A stretch of DNA of 64,000 nucleotides from Candidatus Poribacteria bacterium (GTDB taxonomy: Bacteria > Poribacteria > WGA-4E > WGA-3G): positions 416,001-480,000 of the forward strand of contig OZ244048.1 in NCBI GenBank assembly GCA_965215265.1. Direction: 5' to 3'. A program made the position numbers and the translations under genes. Under the pieces are notes generated by a model. The model did not search any database, was not told the origin of the DNA, and worked only from the letters and a program-made list of their open reading frames with translations. Shown here one piece after another: positions 38,480-49,903 of this stretch; within the stretch, counting starts at the first letter, position 1; each line of letters opens with the position of its first letter.

Positions 38480-40216
38480 ATGTACAAATACGCCTATATA
38501 CTTTTCACACTTACCATCTTAAACACCAATAGTCCTCTTATAGCGGACACAATTACACCGCTAACCCCTGTTTTCCTTGATGTCACTGCCGCTGCTGGCG
38601 TGACGTTTAAGCACACCGACGGCAGCAGCACACAAACTCAATTCAAACGCAGACTCTTCAATGAATTTCTCGGCTCCGGCGGCGGGTTCTTTGATTATGA
38701 TAACGACGGAGACCTTGACATCTATCTCGTCAATGGCGCAATTCAAATCGATCAAACTCAACTTCACAATAAATCTCAACACTCACAAATAACAAACGTC
38801 CTCTACCAGAATAACGGCGATGGAACCTTCACCGATGTTACAAAAATAGCAGGCGTCGGAAGCACAGCCTACGGCACCGGATGTACCGTCGGCGATTACG
38901 ATAACGATGGCGACTTGGATCTTTACGTGACTAACTTCGGCACTGATCAACTTTACAAAAATAACGGAAACGGAACCTTTACAGATGTAACAATACACGC
39001 ACAAGTTGCCAACACCGGCTGGGGAACTAGCTGCGCCTTCAGCGATATCGATCGAGACGGGTTCCTCGACCTCTACATCGCGAATTATGCAATATACCAA
39101 CCGCAAGACGATAAACGATGTGACGAACATGGAATCCATGTCTACTGCGGACCGCATGCATACCCCGCCGCACCCGACACACTCTATCACAACAACGCTG
39201 ATGGCTCTTTTACCGACGACTCCACACAACGCATGCCGCCCGAGCTCATACCTATGCACGGATTAGGCGTAACATTTGGAGACTACGACGCCGACGGAGA
39301 CGTTGATATCTACGTCGCTAATGACCAAGACCCAAATTTTCTATTTCAAAACCGCGGCGACGGATTTTTTAAAGAGGTTGCACTAATTACCGGAGTATGT
39401 TATAATGACATGGGAAAAGAAGAAGCCGGAATGGGAACCGATTTCGGAGACTACGACAACGACGGATTGCTAGATCTTACCGTCAGCAATTACCAAACCG
39501 AAACCAATACCGTCTATCATAATCATGACGGCACCTTCTTTACCGACAACACCATACCCACAGGTATCGCACAAGTTACCCACGCATACCTCGGATGGGG
39601 CATCCGGTTCCTTGATTATGACAACGACGGCCATCAGGACATCTTTGTCGCTAATGGGCATTTGATGGATAACATTCAATTGCTTGAAAAACACGTAAAC
39701 TACCCACAGAGAAATCTGCTATTCCGAAACCTCGGCAACGGCACTTTTGCTAACGTCACCCCAATAGAACACGCTACTCCCTCCAAACGAGACGGACTAG
39801 CACTAAAAAAAGTCAGCCGCGGAGCAGCCATCGGCGATTATGACAACGACGGAGATCTCGATATACTCGTCACAAATTGCAATCAACGCCCAGATCTACT
39901 TCAAAACCAGATCGGCAACCAGAACAATTGGATACAAATTCAACTCATCGGAAAAAACAGCAATCGAAGTGGAATTGGTGCCAGAATTAAAGTCGTGACA
40001 GAAACACATACACAGTACCAGCACGTACAGAGCAGCGGTAGCTACCTCTCCTTCCACGACCTACGTGCACATTTCGGCATTGGAAAAGCTCAACAAATTA
40101 AACAACTCGAAATTCAATGGCCCAGCGGCCATATCGACCACGCACAACGACTCCCTATCAATCAGATTCTTTTGGCAGTTGAAACGGAAGCAATCGCTCC
40201 CGTAAAACCACAATAG
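38480..40216 (+). CDS. CRTAC1-like FG-GAP / ASPIC-UnbV protein
   Basis: Repeated GDYDNDGDLD motifs; C-terminal 'HFGIG...EIQWPSG'. Confidence 0.92.
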   Translation: MYKYAYILFTLTILNTNSPLIADTITPLTPVFLDVTAAAGVTFKHTDGSSTQTQFKRRLFNEFLGSGGGFFDYDNDGDLDIYLVNGAIQIDQTQLHNKSQHSQITNVLYQNNGDGTFTDVTKIAGVGSTAYGTGCTVGDYDNDGDLDLYVTNFGTDQLYKNNGNGTFTDVTIHAQVANTGWGTSCAFSDIDRDGFLDLYIANYAIYQPQDDKRCDEHGIHVYCGPHAYPAAPDTLYHNNADGSFTDDSTQRMPPELIPMHGLGVTFGDYDADGDVDIYVANDQDPNFLFQNRGDGFFKEVALITGVCYNDMGKEEAGMGTDFGDYDNDGLLDLTVSNYQTETNTVYHNHDGTFFTDNTIPTGIAQVTHAYLGWGIRFLDYDNDGHQDIFVANGHLMDNIQLLEKHVNYPQRNLLFRNLGNGTFANVTPIEHATPSKRDGLALKKVSRGAAIGDYDNDGDLDILVTNCNQRPDLLQNQIGNQNNWIQIQLIGKNSNRSGIGARIKVVTETHTQYQHVQSSGSYLSFHDLRAHFGIGKAQQIKQLEIQWPSGHIDHAQRLPINQILLAVETEAIAPVKPQ

Positions 40217-40267
40217 GTAAGACACATGTCTTACCAAATTCACGTAAGAAGATAACATGGAGGTATA

Positions 40268-41041
40268 ATGAAAACCCTATCTATTACGCTACTAACTTTT
40301 GTGTGTCTTGTTTCCTTCACATACGCACAAAATGAACCAGATGACTCTCTCATTCTCTATTTCTCATTTGACGAGCTCGATGGCAAAAATACCATAGACC
40401 ACTCAAATTACGAGAACCATGGGGAAATCGTCGGAGCTCCAAAACTGGTTAGGGGAAAATTCGGAACGGCATTGCAATTCAACGGCACAAGCGACTGGAT
40501 CGAGGTCCCGCACGACGAAATCCTCACCGTCGATGAAAGTGTCACCGTGATGGCATGGATTAATACCGAACGCCATCAGGGACCCGGCGGGCAGCGGTGG
40601 CAAGGAATCGTTGCTAAAGGTAACAACCCACGCTCCTATAGTTTTTACACCGAATCTCCGAGTGAATGTTTGCACCTCAGTGTCGGAGGAGGCGGTAGTG
40701 TCTGCAACGGAAAAGTTAAACTTGAGGAATGGCAACATGTCGTCGCCCAAGTCGATGATGGCACACACCGCTATTGGCTAAACGGAGAAAACGTCGGCGA
40801 ATTCGACGGGAAACCACCCCCACCCGGTAAAGCCGATACCGCCTCCGTCTTCATCGGAAAAACACATGAAGGAAGCCGAGAATTCCTCGGACTTATTGAT
40901 GAAGTCCGTATCTGGAACCGCGCACTTGATGAAGACGAAGTCATTCAGCAAATGGAATGGGGATATCTTGAGATTTCCGCCGTCGATCCGCGACAGAAAT
41001 TGGCAACCACCTGGGGAAACCTCAAAACTTCTAAACGGTAA
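40268..41041 (+). CDS. Secreted LamG-domain protein
   Basis: Signal peptide, LILYFSFDE, IDEVRIWNRAL, C-terminal KLATTWGNLK. Confidence 0.9.
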   Translation: MKTLSITLLTFVCLVSFTYAQNEPDDSLILYFSFDELDGKNTIDHSNYENHGEIVGAPKLVRGKFGTALQFNGTSDWIEVPHDEILTVDESVTVMAWINTERHQGPGGQRWQGIVAKGNNPRSYSFYTESPSECLHLSVGGGGSVCNGKVKLEEWQHVVAQVDDGTHRYWLNGENVGEFDGKPPPPGKADTASVFIGKTHEGSREFLGLIDEVRIWNRALDEDEVIQQMEWGYLEISAVDPRQKLATTWGNLKTSKR

Positions 41042-41244
41042 ACTTAGCGTGCATCACGCTCTCTCGCAATTTAACGCAAATCCTTCTAAGCTAGGCGTGC
41101 ATATCAAAACCGCGCCTAGCCATAAAACTTATGCACCCAGAACGCATCTACAAACTACACACCGTCAAAACGAAATTCGCAACGTGATCGAATTAACATG
41201 AGGCCGCAGGAAACGCCCTCAAAAAAAGGAGAAACCCATACATA

Positions 41245-41646
41245 ATGAACGGAAAATTTATCGCCTCCGCAAATGTTGAACGTGACAACCTCGATTGGGG
41301 AACAATCGGATGGCTCAGCCGCCCCGAATCCACCGACGCTAAAGACATCGTCGCAATGGAAGTCACCCTCTCCCCAGGATATGGACACGACTTTCATAAG
41401 CACCCAGAACAAGAAGAAGTTATCTACGTCATTGAAGGCAGTGTCGAACAGTGGTTACAGGACAAGAAGCAGACGCTAAAAGCAGGAGACTCTGTTTTCA
41501 TACCCGCAGATATTGTACACGCCTCCTTTAACGTCTCAAATCAACCAGCAAAACTCTTTGTCACCCTCAGCCCATGTAAGGGTGCTGAGGGGTACCAACT
41601 CATCGATGTCTTTGACCAGCCACCGTGGAATACACTCCGCGATTAA
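41245..41646 (+). CDS. Cupin domain protein
   Basis: HDFHKHPEQEEVIYVIEG; GDSVFIPADIVH. Confidence 0.9.
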   Translation: MNGKFIASANVERDNLDWGTIGWLSRPESTDAKDIVAMEVTLSPGYGHDFHKHPEQEEVIYVIEGSVEQWLQDKKQTLKAGDSVFIPADIVHASFNVSNQPAKLFVTLSPCKGAEGYQLIDVFDQPPWNTLRD

Positions 41647-41694
41647 GAAGACCTTTGCTAATTCTTTCTACTGTCAAACTGTCAAACTGTCAAT

Positions 41695-42642
41695 ATGGAA
41701 ACACCTTTGACAAAAACCTCATCACCACAAGAGCAGGCACCTGCACAAAACGCGACGACACCTTCTCTTCGCCAGCGGATGCGCCAATTTTACGAAACAT
41801 CGCAAGCCTACAAAGCGCTCCTTGACGCACACGACGAGGTATACCACCAACACTACGTTGAATTGGTAACAAAGGCACTACCGCCTTTGGACGCAAAAAA
41901 CGCCAAACGTCAAAACGCCTCACTCACTCAGGATGCCACCGACTCTATAGAAAAGCAACCGCAACCAGCACGCAAAATACTTGACCTCGGTTGTGGAAAC
42001 GGTATCTCTGCACGCCTAATTCATCAAGCAGGCCACGACGTTACCGGCACCGACATTTCGCCACTCTTCTTAGAAGATGCACGCAAATGGGAGAACCCGC
42101 ACCTACGTTATCAGGTATGCGATGCCCACCAACTACCCTTTGAAGCAGAAACCTTTGATGTCGTCTGCTCAAACGAACTCATTGAACACCTCCCAGATGT
42201 TGAAACGGCACTCGCTCAAATGATCCGCGTCGTCAGAAAAGGAGGACGGATTGTACTCTCCGGACCCAATCTCTCCTCACCCTTAACGCCCCTCCTCGAT
42301 TGTCTCAGACTCCTCGTTCGAAAACAAGGCAGACGTGTATGGGCAGAAACCAAAACGCAAGCACTACAACAGTTAGCCAAAAACTCGCACCTCTATTTCA
42401 AAAAACAATTTTCAAAACAACCACCTCAATTTATCTACCGAAACCCTGATTTACAGACTGATGCCATGGGCGGGGACGCAGATAGCGCATATTACACAAG
42501 TCCTATAGACCTCGTGCAATTTTTCCGACTGAACGGATGCACCATCGTCAAAAAGTGCGTCGGATTCGGTCTCAAAGGCAGCATCATCGCAAAAACAGTA
42601 CCATACCTCAGCCCTTACATCAGCATGGTTGTAGAAAAATGA
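41695..42642 (+). CDS. Class I SAM-dependent methyltransferase (type 11)
   Basis: ILDLGCGNG, LPF..FDVV..LIEHL, RVVRKGG. Confidence 0.9.
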   Translation: METPLTKTSSPQEQAPAQNATTPSLRQRMRQFYETSQAYKALLDAHDEVYHQHYVELVTKALPPLDAKNAKRQNASLTQDATDSIEKQPQPARKILDLGCGNGISARLIHQAGHDVTGTDISPLFLEDARKWENPHLRYQVCDAHQLPFEAETFDVVCSNELIEHLPDVETALAQMIRVVRKGGRIVLSGPNLSSPLTPLLDCLRLLVRKQGRRVWAETKTQALQQLAKNSHLYFKKQFSKQPPQFIYRNPDLQTDAMGGDADSAYYTSPIDLVQFFRLNGCTIVKKCVGFGLKGSIIAKTVPYLSPYISMVVEK

Positions 42643-43460
42643 ACATTCACCGCAGAGATTTTGTCCTAGAAATCGGCAGCGGGCACAATCCCAAGCCCAG
42701 AGCCGATGTTTTATGCGATAAATTCATAGATGATGACCGACAACGCGGCGGACATATCGTCGCAGACCGCCCACTCGTTGAAGCTGACGGGCAGCACCTC
42801 CCTTTCGCAGACAGCGCATTTGACTACGTTATCTGTTCACACGTCCTAGAGCATATCGAAGATCCGGTCCTACTCATCCACGAATTGATGCGGGTTGCTA
42901 AACGCGGATATATTGAAACACCCTCTGAAATCGCAGAACGGATTTACGGATGGCCCTATCACCACTGGCTAATCAACCGCATCGGCACAAAACTGGTCTT
43001 ACAAAAAAAGAGACATACTTCGCAATTTGGACAGCTCTTCCACACCCTCGTCGCACACGATAAGCAATGGAAACGCTTCCATCTCACGCATCATCACCTT
43101 TTCCTTGTACAACACGAATGGGATGGCAACATTGAATATGAGATAATCCAAAACGGAAAGTCACCGATGAACTTAGATTGTCACAAGACAGTTGAAAGCC
43201 TCATCGCAAAAGCAGAACCAAACCTGAACTTATGGATGCCTATTCTCAAAAATGCTATACCCGCCGGGGTCGTTTCAAAAGCAAAATCGTTTCTGGCAAA
43301 ACGATACAAACGCCGACAAACAAAAACCTTAACAGAAATTCTTGTATGCCCACAGTGCAAAACTACTCTTAACTGGGCAGAAGGCACACTCCACTGCAAA
43401 GCCTGCACCCAGCAATATCCAATTATCAACGGAATACCCCGCCTGACTTTGGCGGTTTGA
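42639..43460 (+). CDS. Methyltransferase-domain protein with C-terminal Trm112-like Zn ribbon
   Basis: ATGA overlap with the upstream gene; VLEIGSG, FDYVICSHVLEH; 'LVCPQCK...LHCKAC..YPIINGIP'. Confidence 0.85.
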   Translation: MNIHRRDFVLEIGSGHNPKPRADVLCDKFIDDDRQRGGHIVADRPLVEADGQHLPFADSAFDYVICSHVLEHIEDPVLLIHELMRVAKRGYIETPSEIAERIYGWPYHHWLINRIGTKLVLQKKRHTSQFGQLFHTLVAHDKQWKRFHLTHHHLFLVQHEWDGNIEYEIIQNGKSPMNLDCHKTVESLIAKAEPNLNLWMPILKNAIPAGVVSKAKSFLAKRYKRRQTKTLTEILVCPQCKTTLNWAEGTLHCKACTQQYPIINGIPRLTLAV

Positions 43461-43568
43461 AACAACATAACACCCTTAGCCCTTAGAAGAAATAAAAACC
43501 GAATGCAAACAAGAATGGCACAATTTACGATAAGAATACCGATTAACCTTATAAGGAATAAAAACCGA

Positions 43569-44531
43569 ATGCAAACAGATACCAATAACATAGAAGAACG
43601 AAATATCGTTATTATTGGAGGAGGCACTGCAGGTTTTGCCGCAGGTATCTATACCTCACGCGCTATGCTCGAACCTGTTCTTATTACAGGCGACGCACTC
43701 GGCGGGCAACTCTCCTTAACACTCGACCTTGAGAATTACCCCGGTTTCTTCGGAAACGAAGCCGCCGCATTCATTCAAGGCATGCAACAGCAAGCAGAAC
43801 GCTTCGGCACAGCAGTCAAATTTGATACTGTCAACCACGTCGATTTCTCTAAACAACCTTTCACCGTCACAACATACGATACAACATATCATGCAAAATC
43901 CGTGATTATCTGTACCGGCGCATCACCCCGCACACTTGACATCCCCGGTGAAGTAGAATACGGCGGACGCGGTGTCTCCTACTGTGCTACCTGTGACGGC
44001 TTCTTTTTCCAAAACCAGCGGCTCATCGTTGTCGGCGGCGGGGATGCCGCACTCGAAGAAGGCATTTTCTTAACCAAATATGCCGCCGAAGTCTACATCG
44101 TCCACCGACGAGACCAGCTCCGCGCTAGCAAAATCATGCAGGAGCGCGCCTTCAAAAATGATAAAATCAAATTTATATGGGACACCATCGTTGAAGAAAT
44201 TTGCGGCGATAACGAAAAAGTAACCACTGCAAAACTCAAAAACGTCAAATCCCAGAAAACCGAACTTTTTCCTATTGATGGCGTATTTATCTTTATCGGG
44301 CATATTCCAAACACGCAACTCTTTAAGAATCTTATTCACATGGATGAACAAGACTATATCATTGTAGATAACCGGCAGCGCACAAATGTAGACGGTGTAT
44401 TCGCCGCCGGCGATGTACATGACCATCTCTTCCGACAAGCTATTACTGCCGCAGGTGCCGGGGCCGCCGCTGCCATCTCCGCTGAAAAATTTATCGCAGA
44501 ACTCGATAACCGCGCATACCCAGGAAACTAA
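43569..44531 (+). CDS. trxB: Thioredoxin-disulfide reductase
   Basis: IIGGGTAG, GVSYCATCDG, VVGGGDAALEE, GVFAAGDV. Start set to the second, AAGGA-preceded ATG. Confidence 0.95.
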   Translation: MQTDTNNIEERNIVIIGGGTAGFAAGIYTSRAMLEPVLITGDALGGQLSLTLDLENYPGFFGNEAAAFIQGMQQQAERFGTAVKFDTVNHVDFSKQPFTVTTYDTTYHAKSVIICTGASPRTLDIPGEVEYGGRGVSYCATCDGFFFQNQRLIVVGGGDAALEEGIFLTKYAAEVYIVHRRDQLRASKIMQERAFKNDKIKFIWDTIVEEICGDNEKVTTAKLKNVKSQKTELFPIDGVFIFIGHIPNTQLFKNLIHMDEQDYIIVDNRQRTNVDGVFAAGDVHDHLFRQAITAAGAGAAAAISAEKFIAELDNRAYPGN

Positions 44532-44536
44532 TAAAA

Positions 44537-46201
44537 GTGACTCATGCCAAATTCCGGGACAAAAATCCCAAACTGCAAAAGCCAAAACTCGCACTCGGAC
44601 TAGATTCAAGCACACAGAGCCTCTCTGCCATCCTCATTGATATTGATAAAGCAGAGAAGCACTTTGAGCACGCCCTAGACTATCGCACCGACGAACGACT
44701 AAACCGGTTCGGGCTCGGAGAAGACTATATACTACCCTCACCAGTTGAAGGACAGGCAGAACAACCACCGCTCATCTACCTCGCATCCATTGATGCAATG
44801 TTCGCTGACATGCAAGCAGCGGATGTTCCGATCGAGGACATCGTTGTTATCAACACATCCGGGCAACAGCACGGACACGTCTATCTTAACCGCAGCGCAG
44901 CGCAGCGCCTCCAGATACTAAACCAGCCTGAAAGCAGTCAAGCCAATCTGAAAGAGCTGCTCACCGAAATTTTCGCATATCCCACCGCACCCATCTGGAT
45001 GACTTCCAACACCCTCCAGCAAACTGAGCAGCTCAGAAAGGCCGTTGGCGGAAAACAACGCATGGTGCAACTCTCCGGCTCTGACGCTCCGCTCCGCTTT
45101 ACAGGAACCATCATGCAACGCGTCGCCGAGCAATTCCCCGAACTCTACCACCAAACCGCCAACATTCAACTTATTAGCAGTTTTATACCCGCAATACTCA
45201 CAGCAAATAGCCTCGTACCTATTGATTACGGAAACGCTTGCGGCATGTCACTCATGAATTACCGCACAAAAATGTGGGAACCAGAATTATTAGAGGCAAC
45301 CGCACACAGATTGCCCGGCGGCACACAGGAATTCCGCAGCAAACTACCAACTCTCGCACGTCCTGACGCTGCTGTCGGAACAATTGCAAATTACTATATT
45401 CAAAAATACGGGTTCTCCCCAGCCTGCACCATCATAGCCGGCTCAGGAGACAACCCCCAGGCGAAAGTCCCTGTTGCCGGAGATCTGCTCAGCCTCGGAA
45501 CCAGCTTCGTCAATATGGTAGCAACCGACGGCAATACGCTTGATCCTGAAGGTTTTGCTAACGCCATGTACGACGGCATCGGACGCCCTTTTATGTTCGG
45601 CTGCAGAACCAACGGCGCAATGGTATGGGACGCTGTCAGAAATCGATACGGACTCGCTAAAGAGGAATACGCACCCGCAGAAGCAGCACTCCAAGACGCA
45701 CCACCCGGACAATTCATGACGTTCTGGCAACCAAAAAACGAATCCTTCCCCCTTTCCGGGGCATTTGAACTCAGACGAACATCGCAGACACGCAACCCTA
45801 CACTAGGAGAAGATTATGCAGGCGTTATCGAGACAAGCCTCGCCTCTGTTTACCTCTATTCTCAGGGGTTTACTAAACAAAACCAAGCACCGCTCTTTGT
45901 TACTGGAGGTGCCACTGAAAGCCCCGAAATTATGCGACGCGTCGCCGGAATTTGGAATAGACCAGCCATCCCTATAGAAAAGGGCGGGGCCGCACTCGGC
46001 GCCGCTGTCGCAGGCGCAAACGCGTATTGCAAACAAAACAGCCTACCCTTTGACATAGAGACTTTTAGTGCAGCTGTCTTGAAACGCAGTGAACCCATAC
46101 AGCCAAACTCTACCGATGTCCAAGCATACCATACGCAAGGAAAATATCTACACCGTTTTTATCAACTTTACCAGAAAATTATCGCCGAGAATCCTATATA
46201 A
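44537..46201 (+). CDS. FGGY carbohydrate kinase, xylulokinase-like
   Basis: LGLDSSTQSL, SGQQHG, RFTG, GDNP, SLGTS, VTGGA, AALGAA. Confidence 0.88.
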   Translation: MTHAKFRDKNPKLQKPKLALGLDSSTQSLSAILIDIDKAEKHFEHALDYRTDERLNRFGLGEDYILPSPVEGQAEQPPLIYLASIDAMFADMQAADVPIEDIVVINTSGQQHGHVYLNRSAAQRLQILNQPESSQANLKELLTEIFAYPTAPIWMTSNTLQQTEQLRKAVGGKQRMVQLSGSDAPLRFTGTIMQRVAEQFPELYHQTANIQLISSFIPAILTANSLVPIDYGNACGMSLMNYRTKMWEPELLEATAHRLPGGTQEFRSKLPTLARPDAAVGTIANYYIQKYGFSPACTIIAGSGDNPQAKVPVAGDLLSLGTSFVNMVATDGNTLDPEGFANAMYDGIGRPFMFGCRTNGAMVWDAVRNRYGLAKEEYAPAEAALQDAPPGQFMTFWQPKNESFPLSGAFELRRTSQTRNPTLGEDYAGVIETSLASVYLYSQGFTKQNQAPLFVTGGATESPEIMRRVAGIWNRPAIPIEKGGAALGAAVAGANAYCKQNSLPFDIETFSAAVLKRSEPIQPNSTDVQAYHTQGKYLHRFYQLYQKIIAENPI

Positions 46202-46249
46202 GACGCACCACACCAGAAACTCTCGGCTCGTCCTACAGAAATACAACCC

Positions 46250-46720
46250 ATGAAAAACAAATTGACGCACTTTGACCAAAAAGGAAACGCACGCATGGTG
46301 AATGTCGGGGACAAACCCGAAACATTGCGCATCGCCATCGCACACGGACACGTTACTGCAAAGCCCGAAACCTTGCAATTAATTACAGAACAACGCATCA
46401 AGAAGGGCGATGTCTTAGAAGTCGCACGCCTCGCCGGCATCATGGCAGCGAAACGCACCAGCGAACTCATACCTTTGTGTCACCCGCTCGCACTCACCTC
46501 CATCCGCGTCACATTAACCCTTGATGACAAAAAAATAAAAATTGAAGCTGAAGTCCAAACGGTCGGACGCACCGGCGTAGAAATGGAAGCACTCACAGCC
46601 GTCTCAATCGCCGCACTTACCATCTACGATATGTGCAAAGCAGTCGACAGGGAGATGCAAATCTCTGAAGTCAAATTAGTCAAAAAGACTGGAGGAAAAA
46701 GTGGTGAATATTTTCGATAG
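46250..46720 (+). CDS. moaC: Cyclic pyranopterin monophosphate synthase
   Basis: [40 protein letters not shown]. Confidence 0.97.
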   Translation: MKNKLTHFDQKGNARMVNVGDKPETLRIAIAHGHVTAKPETLQLITEQRIKKGDVLEVARLAGIMAAKRTSELIPLCHPLALTSIRVTLTLDDKKIKIEAEVQTVGRTGVEMEALTAVSIAALTIYDMCKAVDREMQISEVKLVKKTGGKSGEYFR

Positions 46721-49676
46721 AAGCATCAAAGCCAAACCCGGTTTAAACCTTGCTGACAACTACGACAACACAAACAGAACCTCCGGCCGGTATAAACCTT
46801 CACATCTCACTCTAATCTATGCCGTTCTAATCTGCTCGCTTCTCTTAATACCCACAACCGGCTTTCCAGCAGATTACGTGATGCTTATCGGCGGTGTCGG
46901 CGGCGAAAAATCCTTCTATGATGATTTCTGGAGCGCAACTTCCCGATTACATAAACTCCTCACAGAAGAATATAGCTACTCACACCAACAGATAACATTT
47001 CTCTTTGAAGATGAAGGCGACGCATCCGGCATAGTTGATGCACAAGCCAAGCGCGAAACGATTTTAGCAGCCTTCAATCAACTCGCAGAGAAAATTCAAA
47101 CCACAGACCGATTCATCCTCTTCATGATCGGACATGCAGCGCGCTCCGCGCAAGGTGTCAAATTTAATCTACCCGGCCGCGATATTAGTGAAGCCGAATA
47201 CGCACACAGCATTAACCGAATACCTACCAAAAACAAGGTCTTAATCTTCGGATTCCCTTATAGTGCAAAGTTCGTCCCAAACGTCACCGCCCCAGGCACC
47301 ATCATTATCACCTCAAGCTCACCCAATGAAGGCTACTCCTTACAAGCAGGATTCGGCGACGTTTTTGTTGATGCCTTCTCAACCACCGACGCAGATACAA
47401 ATATTGACGGAGTTGTCTCTCTCTTAGAGGCGTTTTTATGGCTACAGCAGCGCACCAAGGAATGGTACGAAAATGACGGCTCCGTCCAATCTGAACACCC
47501 ATACTTAGAAGACAACGGCGACGGCAGTCCATCACGAAAAGATATTGAAGAAACCTCTCCCGAATCGGACGGAAAACTCGCCGCAAATACATTTTTCGGA
47601 CAGCGACGCACTCCTCTGCCCCAGCCAACGCAAACACCAGAAACAGAACCCAACTCCCTCGCTGAACACATACCCGAATTTTCGAACACCGACAATAAAG
47701 AGATACCACCAAACAACACTTCATCAATCCCTTATGATTTCATCAGCGAACAGGACGAACTGGCAATCCAAAACGCCATTCAAAATGCACCCAATCAAAA
47801 ACAACTACCCAACGCCGGCGCAGTTATATTATGGGAAGGCATCGACATTGACATCGATGAGCAGAGCCGATATATCTATTCCACACGCAGAATTGTCAAA
47901 ATATTCAACGAAGACGGATACGGCTTAGGTGAAGTCAGCATCCCTTACATGCGGGGCAGAGACGATGTCACCATCCATCACGCCAAAACTTTTAAACCTA
48001 CAGGGAAAACCGTCGAACTCAACCCTAACGAAATCATACGAGATATACCCCCACCAAGTGCCGTAGAAGCAGGACTCTACGTCGACGCACGACTCATGCA
48101 CTTCACAATGCCCGAACTTACCAACGGATGCATCATAGACTACGCCTATTCTACAAACAACTTAGGACACATCATGAACGGAGAATTCTGGCGACAAGTC
48201 TTCTTCCAAACATCCGAACCCGTTCAATACTATCGATTTACTGCGCACATCCCTAAGAAAAAGCAGCTCTATTATCAAATCCTCGGCCCAAACATTGAAC
48301 CAACAATCACAGAGAACAACTACACCCGCACATATACCTTCGAGACGCGAGATGTTCCACCTCTAACCCAGGAATACCTCATGCCACCACCACAAGATCT
48401 CGCATATAACATCAGCATCTCATCACTCGATTCCTGGGATAAACTCGTAACATGGTACGCAACGCTCATCCGCGAACAAGATACAATGACCACGGCTATC
48501 CAAGCTAAAACCGACGAACTACTCAGAGGAACACGCAATCGCGCAGAGAAAATTAAGCGACTTTATGAATACGTCGCAACACAAATCCGGTACCTCGGAC
48601 TAGAACTCGGAATCTGGGCCATTAAACCCTACTCCGCTGATACCGTACTAAAGAATGGTAGAGGCGACTGTAAGGATAAAACAACACTCCTTTCCACTAT
48701 GCTCAAGCACGCCGGCATCCCCTCATATCCCGTGCTCATCTCTGCTGGAGACGCACGCGAAATCGTCACAGAAATCCCTTCGCTCGCATATTTCAATCAT
48801 ATGATCCTCGCCGTCGAAGCCGACAAAGGCAAAGAACTCTTATGGCTTGACCCTACCGCATCCACATGTGCTTTTGGCGACTTGCCCGCCGGAGATCAGG
48901 ACAGATGGACCCTCATTATAAATCCTGACTTCCTCGCAAATAACACAGAAACCCAACAAAAACAGAACCAACACAACGAAAAATCGCCACTCGCTAAACA
49001 ACTCTATCTCTTCCAAAAGAGCCCCACCCTTGACGCTGAGGCCAACGTCAAACGCATGAACACGCACCTACAAGTTAAAAAAGACATGAGCATCTCTGTC
49101 CAACAAGAACTAACCGTCACCGGAAATTTCAACACAAAACTTCGCGCCCAACTCGCACACCTACACACTAAAGAAGAGAAAACCCAATTCCTTCACAAAG
49201 AATTCGAACTAGATGAACGCGCCAAAGTCAACGATTTCAAAATCTCAGGACTTGATACCCTAAAACCCGAACTAACAGTACGCCTCGATTGGACATGCGA
49301 CGAGTACCTCTACGCCATCGGCAGCCAATTCATCCTCGAACTCCCGCTCATCAAACACCCTTACGCAGAACTGTTGAGTGAAGAACACCGATACCATCCA
49401 GCTGTCATTGGCATGGCCCTCTCCTTTGAAGATAAAATCACCGTGCTCGCAGAAGCACCTTTCGTCATAGACACCCTCCCTCAAGTCCAAAGCCTCAAAA
49501 CTGATGTCGCCGAAATCAAATTGGAATATACACGCTCTAAACGCAAAGCTGAGATGCACCAGAATGTTCAATTCCACGTACCACGCGTCAATCCGAATAA
49601 AATTATGCAACTTAAAGACATCGTCAAAATCGCATCAAGACGCGGACCCAAGCGGTTCAGCCTACGACAAAATTAA
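46701..49676 (+). CDS. Multidomain protein: caspase/C13-like N-domain + DUF3857 + transglutaminase-like domain
   Basis: N-domain 'FILFMIGH' and '[15 protein letters not shown]'; TG triad GDCKD / FNHMI / WLDPT. Confidence 0.8.
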   Translation: MVNIFDRSIKAKPGLNLADNYDNTNRTSGRYKPSHLTLIYAVLICSLLLIPTTGFPADYVMLIGGVGGEKSFYDDFWSATSRLHKLLTEEYSYSHQQITFLFEDEGDASGIVDAQAKRETILAAFNQLAEKIQTTDRFILFMIGHAARSAQGVKFNLPGRDISEAEYAHSINRIPTKNKVLIFGFPYSAKFVPNVTAPGTIIITSSSPNEGYSLQAGFGDVFVDAFSTTDADTNIDGVVSLLEAFLWLQQRTKEWYENDGSVQSEHPYLEDNGDGSPSRKDIEETSPESDGKLAANTFFGQRRTPLPQPTQTPETEPNSLAEHIPEFSNTDNKEIPPNNTSSIPYDFISEQDELAIQNAIQNAPNQKQLPNAGAVILWEGIDIDIDEQSRYIYSTRRIVKIFNEDGYGLGEVSIPYMRGRDDVTIHHAKTFKPTGKTVELNPNEIIRDIPPPSAVEAGLYVDARLMHFTMPELTNGCIIDYAYSTNNLGHIMNGEFWRQVFFQTSEPVQYYRFTAHIPKKKQLYYQILGPNIEPTITENNYTRTYTFETRDVPPLTQEYLMPPPQDLAYNISISSLDSWDKLVTWYATLIREQDTMTTAIQAKTDELLRGTRNRAEKIKRLYEYVATQIRYLGLELGIWAIKPYSADTVLKNGRGDCKDKTTLLSTMLKHAGIPSYPVLISAGDAREIVTEIPSLAYFNHMILAVEADKGKELLWLDPTASTCAFGDLPAGDQDRWTLIINPDFLANNTETQQKQNQHNEKSPLAKQLYLFQKSPTLDAEANVKRMNTHLQVKKDMSISVQQELTVTGNFNTKLRAQLAHLHTKEEKTQFLHKEFELDERAKVNDFKISGLDTLKPELTVRLDWTCDEYLYAIGSQFILELPLIKHPYAELLSEEHRYHPAVIGMALSFEDKITVLAEAPFVIDTLPQVQSLKTDVAEIKLEYTRSKRKAEMHQNVQFHVPRVNPNKIMQLKDIVKIASRRGPKRFSLRQN

Positions 49677-49786
49677 CTGAACCGAAAGTATCAAAAAGCA
49701 TCAACCTTCACCGCTCATAGCCGCAGACGCACTTCCGTTAAATATCCGAAACGTCCAGAGTTTCATTCACAATTCACAATTCACAA

Positions 49787-49815
49787 TTGACAAAAAAGAA
49801 GAAGTACGCTATTAT
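49787..49815 (+). promoter_or_regulatory. Sigma70 promoter
   Basis: TTGACA - 17 nt - TATTAT, preceded by three TTCACAA repeats. Confidence 0.6.
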
Positions 49816-49903
49816 AGCTACACCGAAACGTTATAAAAAGCAGATAACCCCAAAAAAATACGGTCTTGGGGGACCCTACGGAAAATAAGGAGAATTTCGC
49901 AGA

